A DNA stretch of 11,947 nucleotides, taken from the UHGV virus genome UHGV-1581813. The stretch is one strand, 5' to 3'. The notes under the pieces are model-generated. The model saw only the letters and a program-made list of their open reading frames with translations. It searched no databases and was not told the origin of the DNA. A program made the position numbers and the translations under genes. The stretch is from a virus. Every line of letters starts with the position of its first letter. Position 1 is the first letter of the stretch. Shown here piece after piece: positions 7,479 to 11,947 of this stretch.

Positions 7479-8339
7479 TCACCTGTCGAAAAACACGTAG
7501 CCAGTTTTCGATACGGTGATTGCGGATGATGGTTTAGATTGTGGTTGAATGGTTTCTGGCTTTTCGTCGTTCCAGCGCTGACCGTTCAGGTAGCTCGATG
7601 GTAACAACCTGTCGAATCCGAACTGCTTACCATTCCTGCATGCGATGTCTTCTGCCAGCATCGTGGCAAACTCGCTTGCCGTACCCTTGGTAGTTTTACG
7701 CCATTCCCTGAACTGTGTTCTGAATGCCGTAGCTGCGTTTTTCTTCCCGGCTTTCCGCATGCCTGCACACCAGAATATTTCCTCGAATGCCTTGTCGGTT
7801 TCTTCGTGACGGTCAGGTGATTTTTCACACTCCGTCCGAACACTTTCGGACATAGTGTTTTTATTATTTCTTTTTTCTTTTGTAATAGTTTCTTTTGTGT
7901 GTCCCTGTTTTGGTGACAGCGCTGTCACCGTTTTGGTGACACTTTTTGTCACCAATGCAGTGACATTATCACCAGAGTAGTGACACCCTTCGATTTTCCA
8001 TTCTTCGATGTTCTTGTTAGGCCCGATTTGCTGGCCTTCGCGAAGGATAACCTTCATCGCGATAAGCTCATTCTTGGCCTTGTTTACCTTCTGTCTTGGC
8101 AGCCTGGTAATTTGAGCTAACTGACTATCAGAGATGCGATCCATCTTTTTACCGTAGCCGTATGTTTTACGGCATATGGCGTGGGCAACCTTGCTCTGAT
8201 TTTTCGTTAAATCTGCGCCGATAAGCTCTTCATACAGGGCATTTGCAAGACGGGTATAACCATCTTCAACTTCTGCCACACGACGCTCCACAGGCCGTTG
8301 TGAAGGCCTTAAATGTGTTACGGTTGCAAGATTAATCAT
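7479..8339 (-). CDS. Replication initiator, lambda O-like N-terminal domain
   Basis: 286-aa ORF. Its N-terminal ~110 aa (…[14 protein letters not shown]…ADLTK…[25 protein letters not shown]…GPNKNIEEW) are clearly homologous to lambda O as I recall. The gene contains the iteron array, as O contains ori-lambda. Confidence 0.85.
   Translation of the reverse strand: MINLATVTHLRPSQRPVERRVAEVEDGYTRLANALYEELIGADLTKNQSKVAHAICRKTYGYGKKMDRISDSQLAQITRLPRQKVNKAKNELIAMKVILREGQQIGPNKNIEEWKIEGCHYSGDNVTALVTKSVTKTVTALSPKQGHTKETITKEKRNNKNTMSESVRTECEKSPDRHEETDKAFEEIFWCAGMRKAGKKNAATAFRTQFREWRKTTKGTASEFATMLAEDIACRNGKQFGFDRLLPSSYLNGQRWNDEKPETIQPQSKPSSAITVSKTGYVFFDR
7858..7990. repeat. Candidate origin of replication inside the O-like gene: four GTGACA-containing iterons plus an adjacent AT-rich tract
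   Basis: GTGACA occurs at 7913, 7936, 7960 and 7980 (20-24 bp spacing), each within an inverted-repeat unit such as GGTGACAGCGCTGTCACC. An AT-rich block lies at 7858-7900. The order iterons-then-AT-rich in the direction of O transcription matches ori-lambda architecture. Confidence 0.6.
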
Positions 8340-8478
8340 GACCTTTCTCCTTCTGCATCAGCTTCACTTTTTCCAACTCAGCCCGGAATCGACCAGGCTG
8401 CTTGAAGCTGGACAGGAAGCGATCACGTAGTATGTGTTTGTGAATTTTGTCCTGGTAAGGACTGAGTTGTTTTGTCAT
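8332..8478 (-). CDS. Unannotated small basic protein (48 aa) between cII and the O-like gene
   Basis: Not in the ORF track. ACAGGAGTAATT precedes the ATG at 8478. Product is [48 protein letters not shown]. Its stop overlaps the O-like start. The start context resembles the lambda O start context as I recall. Confidence 0.45.
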   Translation of the reverse strand: MTKQLSPYQDKIHKHILRDRFLSSFKQPGRFRAELEKVKLMQKEKGHD

Positions 8479-8487
8479 AATTACTCC

Positions 8488-8566
8488 TGTGGATTGATCC
8501 AGTAATGACCTCAGAATTCCATCTGGATTTGTTCAGAACGCTCGGTTGCCGCCGGGCGTTTTTTAT
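8488..8566 (+). ncRNA. oop: OOP-like antisense RNA (pO promoter to the 'to' terminator), antisense to the cII 3' end
   Basis: Plus strand has an extended -10 TGTCATAAT at 8473-8481. Downstream is a hairpin GCTCGG-UUGCCG-CCGGGC (8540-8557) followed by GTTTTTTATT. The resulting ~78-nt transcript overlaps the last ~55 nt of cII on the opposite strand, as in lambda. Confidence 0.55.
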
Positions 8567-8804
8567 TGGTGAGAATCGAAGCAACTTGTCGTGCCAATCG
8601 AGCCATGTCGTCGTCAACGACACCCCATTCAAGAACAGCAAGCAGCATTGAGAACTTTGGAATCCAATCCCTCTTCCACCTGCTGATCTGCGACTTATCA
8701 ACTCCCACAGCTTCCGCTGTCTTCTCAGTTCCAAGCATTGCGATTTTGTTAAGCAACGCACTCTCGATTCTTAGAGCCTCGTTGCGTTTGTTTGCACGAA
8801 CCAT
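8511..8804 (-). CDS. cII: Transcriptional activator CII
   Basis: From the ATG at 8804 the product is [51 protein letters not shown]..., 97 aa, matching lambda CII. The classic TAAGGAAATACTTACAT-ATG start context is present. The track ORF (start 8891) is an upstream in-frame extension across nutR. Confidence 0.9.
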   Translation of the reverse strand: MVRANKRNEALRIESALLNKIAMLGTEKTAEAVGVDKSQISRWKRDWIPKFSMLLAVLEWGVVDDDMARLARQVASILTNKKRPAATERSEQIQMEF

Positions 8805-8862
8805 ATGTAAGTATTTCCTTAACAAATAAGAAGTTATGCGCATCAACTTATGCGCGTTGTAT

Positions 8863-8905
8863 TCCCGCATTTCGGCGGGAATGAGGACCATGACTGTTAA
8901 AGAGC
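8863..8905 (-). promoter_or_regulatory. nutR (boxA plus boxB hairpin)
   Basis: On the minus strand, just after the cro stop: boxA-like TGCTCTTTAACA, then 14 nt, then hairpin TCCCGC-CGAAAU-GCGGGA. The same boxA and an identical hairpin recur downstream of pL on the plus strand. Confidence 0.6.
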
Positions 8906-8912
8906 AATTTGC

Positions 8913-9098
8913 TTATGCCGCTTTGCGGTAAGCGCTTTCTTGATACTTCAGGGCGCCAGCTGTAACGACTTCCAGTCGATAGGCGTCTTTCTCTGGGATG
9001 ACTTCCTTCCACTGAGAGACTGCTGCGTCGCTAATGCCTAACGCTTTAGCTACAGCACGCTGGGTTCCGAAGTGGTCGATAACATCTTTCTTGTACAT
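8913..9098 (-). CDS. cro: Cro repressor (P22-type)
   Basis: 61-aa ORF MYKKDVIDHFGTQRAVAKALGISDAAVSQWKEVIPEKDAYRLEVVTAGALKYQ... with a helix-turn-helix, divergent from the repressor gene. It resembles P22 Cro as I recall. Confidence 0.85.
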   Translation of the reverse strand: MYKKDVIDHFGTQRAVAKALGISDAAVSQWKEVIPEKDAYRLEVVTAGALKYQESAYRKAA

Positions 9099-9112
9099 AG
9101 ACTCGCTCCGAA

Positions 9113-9178
9113 ATTAAAGAACACTTAAATTATCCACTAAAGGAATCTTAAGTCAAGTTTATTTAAGATGTCTTAACT
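9113..9178. promoter_or_regulatory. Right operator region (three 18-bp operators, OR1-OR3) with divergent pR and pRM
   Basis: Three imperfectly palindromic 18-mers: ATTAAAGAACACTTAAAT (9113-9130), ACTAAAGGAATCTTAAGT (9136-9153) and ATTTAAGATGTCTTAACT (9161-9178), with centres 23 and 25 bp apart. The last ends 1 nt before the repressor ATG, consistent with a leaderless pRM transcript. Confidence 0.65.
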
Positions 9179-9829
9179 ATGAAAACTCAATTGATGGGAG
9201 AGCGCATTCGCGCTCGGAGAAAAGAACTCAAGATCAGGCAGGCCGCACTTGGAAAGATGGTCGGCGTGTCTAATGTTGCCATATCTCAGTGGGAACGCTC
9301 TGAGACAGAGCCAAATGGAGAGAATCTTCTCGCCCTGGCTAATGCGTTGAAGTGTTCCCCTGACTATCTGATGAAAGGAGAGGAAAGTCTTTCAAACATT
9401 GCCTATCACAGTAGGCATGATCCAAGAGGGTCATACCCTCTGATTAGCTGGGTGAGCGCAGGATGCTGGATGGAAGCTGTAGAACCATATCATAAGCGTG
9501 CAATAGATAACTGGTACGATACAACCGTAGACTGTTCAGAAGATTCGTTTTGGTTGGACGTGAAGGGAGACTCAATGACGGCTCCGGCCGGTCTCAGTAT
9601 CCCTGAAGGAATGATAATACTCGTCGATCCTGAAGTAGAGCCGCGTAACGGGAAACTGGTAGTTGCAAAGCTCGAAGGAGAAAACGAGGCAACTTTCAAG
9701 AAGTTAGTTATTGATGCAGGCAGGAAGTTTCTAAAACCACTTAACCCACAATATCCGATGATCGAGATCAACGGGAACTGCAAAATCATCGGCGTAGTTG
9801 TCGATGCAAAACTAGCAAACCTTCCATAA
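9179..9829 (+). CDS. c2: Prophage repressor, P22 c2-type (HTH plus LexA-like S24 autopeptidase domain)
   Basis: 216-aa ORF MKTQLMGERIRARRKELKIRQAALGKMVGVSNVAISQWERSETEPNGENLLALANAL... with a C-terminal S24-type domain (…WLDVKGDSM…). It closely resembles the P22 C2 repressor as I recall. Confidence 0.9.
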   Translation: MKTQLMGERIRARRKELKIRQAALGKMVGVSNVAISQWERSETEPNGENLLALANALKCSPDYLMKGEESLSNIAYHSRHDPRGSYPLISWVSAGCWMEAVEPYHKRAIDNWYDTTVDCSEDSFWLDVKGDSMTAPAGLSIPEGMIILVDPEVEPRNGKLVVAKLEGENEATFKKLVIDAGRKFLKPLNPQYPMIEINGNCKIIGVVVDAKLANLP

Positions 9830-9830
9830 G

Positions 9831-9855
9831 GGGGCATTCGCCCCTTTTTTTATTT
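9831..9855 (+). terminator. Intrinsic terminator after the repressor gene
   Basis: GGGGC-ATTC-GCCCC hairpin followed by TTTTTTTATTT, starting 2 nt after the repressor stop. Confidence 0.6.
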
Positions 9856-9890
9856 CCTTTAAAAATCAAAGCCAAACTTAAGTTACGAAA

Positions 9891-9948
9891 GAAAATTTAA
9901 GTTTTCTTCAAAAATACTCTTGACCATTAATTAAAGAGATCTTAAATT
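9891..9948 (+). promoter_or_regulatory. pL promoter with overlapping left operator(s)
   Basis: -35 TTGACC (9920-9925), 17-bp spacer, -10 TAAATT (9943-9948). Operator-like ATTAAAGAGATCTTAAAT (9930-9947) overlaps the spacer and -10, and a second palindromic site GAAAATTTAAGTTTTC lies at 9891-9906. Confidence 0.55.
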
Positions 9949-9993
9949 TAAGCCATCAGCAGGACGCTGGTAGCCAAACGGAACAGATTGGCA

Positions 9994-10035
9994 GGCTCTT
10001 TAACATTGATGGAATTGTCCCGCCGAAATGCGGGA
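9994..10035 (+). promoter_or_regulatory. nutL (boxA plus boxB hairpin)
   Basis: boxA-like GGCTCTTTAACA (9994-10005), then 12 nt, then hairpin TCCCGC-CGAAAU-GCGGGA (10018-10035), identical to the hairpin at nutR. Confidence 0.6.
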
Positions 10036-10177
10036 ACCAAAGAGTAGTTGGCTTTGGGATTGGATGAATGCGCAGGCTGATGCGCGCAGGAGAGCTTCGG
10101 GAGAACAAGGTGCCTGTAAATAAGCCGGAGTTCAGCACCGGCCATCCAATCGCCAAAGTCAATCATCGGAGGTCAAC

Positions 10178-10483
10178 ATGGCAGTAGTCATTACATATCT
10201 GGCTGACGATAACGCCAGAAATCGCCGCAGAGCACGCAGACAGGCTCAACGTGAACAGGCAATGCAAGAGCAGCGACTGGCGCGAAAAATTGCGCTAAAG
10301 CTCTCTGGTTGCGTCAGAGCAGATAAAGCAGCATCACTCGGAAGCCTTCGCTGCAAGAAGGCAGAAGAAGTCGAGCGTAAACAGAACCGTATTTACTACC
10401 GCAAGCCACGCAGTGAAATGGGTGTGACTTGCTCAGGCCGCCAGAAACAACGCGGAAAATCAATTCCAGCTTATTACGATTGA
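10178..10483 (+). CDS. N: N-like transcription antiterminator (arginine-rich motif at N-terminus)
   Basis: 101-aa ORF with GGAGG 5 nt upstream. The N-terminus carries an arginine-rich motif (DDNARNRRRARRQAQREQ). The C-terminus (…RIYYRKPRSEMGVTCSGRQKQRGKSIP…) resembles the lambda N C-terminus as I recall, but the N-terminal motif differs from lambda. Confidence 0.8.
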   Translation: MAVVITYLADDNARNRRRARRQAQREQAMQEQRLARKIALKLSGCVRADKAASLGSLRCKKAEEVERKQNRIYYRKPRSEMGVTCSGRQKQRGKSIPAYYD

Positions 10484-10491
10484 GGTGAGCC

Positions 10492-10629
10492 ATGCTCAAG
10501 AAAGTCAAACGCCGACTTTACAAAGAAGGTAGATATTCATGCCATTTGCCAAAATGCGACACAGCAAAATGGAGTGTCGATGATTGGTGTAACTGGATAG
10601 ATAGATACGGAACTTGGTGGGATAAATAA
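10492..10629 (+). CDS. Unannotated small Cys/His/Trp-rich protein (45 aa), hypothetical
   Basis: Not in the ORF track. The ATG at 10492 lies 8 nt after the N stop and is preceded by TGAGGTGAG. Product is MLKKVKRRLYKEGRYSCHLPKCDTAKWSVDDWCNWIDRYGTWWDK. Confidence 0.45.
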   Translation: MLKKVKRRLYKEGRYSCHLPKCDTAKWSVDDWCNWIDRYGTWWDK

Positions 10630-10683
10630 CAGGTAACTTAAGCGGATTTATTTTCGCAGCAAACCACTTATTTGAGGTGAGAT

Positions 10684-10947
10684 ATGGACGAGAAAATTAA
10701 ATCATTGAAGCCAGGAATTGTTATCAGAGACATAAGTGGTTATTACGATACAGAGACATATGATATTTTATATGTGCATGCAGATGGAAAATGTCAGTAT
10801 TCGAACGACATTTTTAATAATAAAGGCGATGCCGAAATTGCTGCCACCACAGTTAATAAAGAGCTCGTAGCTAACGAGTCGTGGGATTATTTTATGCCAT
10901 CATCCACTTCTATGAACTGGAAAGTGGTTTTGTACATTCCATCATAA
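10684..10947 (+). CDS. Hypothetical protein (87 aa), AT-rich accessory gene downstream of N
   Basis: ORF MDEKIKSLKPGIVIRDISGYYDTETYDILYVHADGKCQYSNDIFNNKGD..., preceded by the same TGAGGTGAG ribosome-binding motif as the 45-aa ORF. AT-rich codon usage; an intrinsic terminator follows. Confidence 0.55.
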   Translation: MDEKIKSLKPGIVIRDISGYYDTETYDILYVHADGKCQYSNDIFNNKGDAEIAATTVNKELVANESWDYFMPSSTSMNWKVVLYIPS

Positions 10948-10988
10948 TTGTAGCTGCCGTTCAAAAATGAAAGTAAATCTAACATCAC

Positions 10989-11012
10989 AGGCCGCATAGT
11001 CGGCCTTCTTTT
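10989..11012 (+). terminator. Intrinsic terminator after the 87-aa ORF
   Basis: AGGCCG-CATAGT-CGGCCT hairpin followed by TCTTTTGG. Confidence 0.5.
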
Positions 11013-11131
11013 GGCATAAACAACAGAATAAACACTGCACTGTGTATTCATTCCAACGAGTGAATACACTGAGCAATGTCGCTCGTAACTAAACAGGAGC
11101 CGACTTGTTCTGATTATTGGAAATCTTCTTT

Positions 11132-11157
11132 GCCCTCCAGTGTGAGGGCGATTTTTT
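11132..11157 (+). terminator. Intrinsic terminator upstream of ea10
   Basis: GCCCTC-CAGTGT-GAGGGC hairpin followed by GATTTTTTAT, 20 nt before the ea10 start. Confidence 0.55.
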
Positions 11158-11177
11158 ATCTATGAGGATATGAATAG

Positions 11178-11546
11178 ATGTCAAACATCAAAAAATACAT
11201 CATTGATTACGACTGGAAAGCATCAATGGAAATTGAAATCGACCATGACGTAATGACAGAGGAAAAACTTCACCAGATTAATAATTTCTGGTCAGACTCT
11301 GAATACCGACTCAATAAACACGGCTCTGTATTAAATGCTGTATTAATCATGCTGGCGCAACATGTTCTGCTTATAGCAATTTCAAGCGACTTAAATGCAT
11401 ATGGTGTTGTGTGTGAGTTCGACTGGAATGATGGAAATGGTCAGGAAGGATGGCCTCCAATGGATGGTAGTGAAGGAATAAGAATTACCGATATCGATAC
11501 ATCAGGAATATTTGATTCAGATGATATGACTATCAAGGCCGCCTGA
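11178..11546 (+). CDS. ea10: Ea10-like protein (122 aa; function in lambda poorly defined)
   Basis: ORF MSNIKKYIIDYDWKASMEIEIDHDVMTEEKL... with an acidic C-terminus. Its length, its position immediately upstream of cIII, and its spacing to cIII match lambda ea10 as I recall. Confidence 0.65.
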   Translation: MSNIKKYIIDYDWKASMEIEIDHDVMTEEKLHQINNFWSDSEYRLNKHGSVLNAVLIMLAQHVLLIAISSDLNAYGVVCEFDWNDGNGQEGWPPMDGSEGIRITDIDTSGIFDSDDMTIKAA

Positions 11547-11618
11547 GCGCGGCGTTACCGCATACCAATTACGCTTCACTCGAGGCGTTTTTCGTTATGT
11601 ATAAATAAGGAGCACACC

Positions 11619-11783
11619 ATGCAATATGCCATTGCAGGGTGGCCTGTTGCTGGCTGCCCTTCCGAATCTTTACTTGAACGAATCACCCGTAAATTACGTG
11701 ACGGATGGAAACGCCTTATCGACATACTTAATCAGCCAGGAGTCCCAAAAAATGGATCAAACAATTATGGCTATCCAGACTAA
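11619..11783 (+). CDS. cIII: CIII (inhibitor of FtsH-mediated CII degradation)
   Basis: Not in the ORF track (54 aa). AGGAG lies 6 nt upstream of the ATG at 11619. Product is [54 protein letters not shown], matching lambda CIII as I recall. Confidence 0.75.
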   Translation: MQYAIAGWPVAGCPSESLLERITRKLRDGWKRLIDILNQPGVPKNGSNNYGYPD

Positions 11784-11895
11784 ATTCACTATCGCCACTT
11801 TTATTGGCGATGAAAAGATGTTTCGTGAGGCCGTCGACGCTTATAAAAAATGGATATTAATACTGAAACTGAGATCAAGCAAAAGCATTCACTAA
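11752..11895 (+). CDS. kil: Kil (FtsZ-inhibiting host-killing protein)
   Basis: From the ATG at 11752 (AGGAG 9 nt upstream) the product is [47 protein letters not shown], 47 aa. It overlaps the 3' end of cIII by 32 nt, as the lambda kil/cIII pair does. The track ORF 11626..11895 is an upstream in-frame extension. Confidence 0.7.
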   Translation: MDQTIMAIQTKFTIATFIGDEKMFREAVDAYKKWILILKLRSSKSIH

Positions 11896-11947
11896 CCCCC
11901 TTTCCTGTTTTCCTAATCAGCCTGGCATTTCGCGGGCGATATTTTCA

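Noticed and set aside
8423-8829. ORFs overlapping cII in other frames or on the other strand (8423..8761 minus, 8566..8829 plus)
   Set aside because: They overlap the strongly supported cII CDS and the OOP terminator. They have no independent start signals and their translations are low complexity.
8829-8862. Possible tR1 terminator hairpin (GCGCAU-loop-AUGCGC) between nutR and cII
   Set aside because: The stem arises within a GCGCATAA direct repeat and the downstream tract is only moderately U-rich. Lambda tR1 is Rho-dependent, so an intrinsic-terminator call is not supported; it is left as an observation only.
8511-8891. 126-aa extended version of the cII ORF starting at 8891
   Set aside because: The extension runs through the nutR boxA and boxB sequence and lacks a ribosome-binding site. 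The internal ATG at 8804 has the classic cII initiation context and yields the 97-aa CII.
9948-10166. Minus-strand ORFs (72 and 68 aa) in the pL leader
   Set aside because: They sit antisense across nutL between pL and N with no ribosome-binding site or promoter. The region is better explained as the N leader.
10887-11069. Minus-strand 60-aa ORF in the structured intergenic region before ea10
   Set aside because: It is antisense to the pL operon, starts inside the inverted repeat, overlaps the end of the 87-aa ORF, and has no ribosome-binding site.
1-11947. CRISPR arrays, tRNA or rRNA genes, integrase or attachment sites, insertion sequences
   Set aside because: No regularly spaced direct repeats with spacers, no tRNA-like cloverleaf candidates, and no transposase or integrase ORFs were seen. 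The window is internal to the prophage.

Overview
This window reads as the central regulatory and replication region of a mosaic lambdoid prophage of an enterobacterial host, with nearly every base accounted for by phage functions. Rightward-equivalent genes lie on the minus strand: cro, nutR, cII, a lambda O-like initiator with internal iteron origin, a primase-helicase, a nin region (NinB, DNA methyltransferase, NinE, NinX-like, NinF, NinG), Q, pR'/tR', holin S and the start of endolysin R. Leftward-equivalent genes lie on the plus strand: a P22 c2-type repressor, pL/oL, nutL, an N-like antiterminator, then Ea10, cIII and kil. Several proteins (Q, S, R, cII, NinB/E/F/G, Ea10, cIII, kil) match phage lambda as I recall it, while the immunity region is P22-type and N and the replication module differ from lambda. 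The most interesting parts are the non-lambda inserts: two small AT-rich ORFs just downstream of N where lambda carries ral/sieB, a four-gene cluster of small proteins between the helicase and ninB, an orphan MT-A70 methyltransferase, and several unannotated small ORFs. All homology statements are from memory and reading of the sequence, not from database searches.
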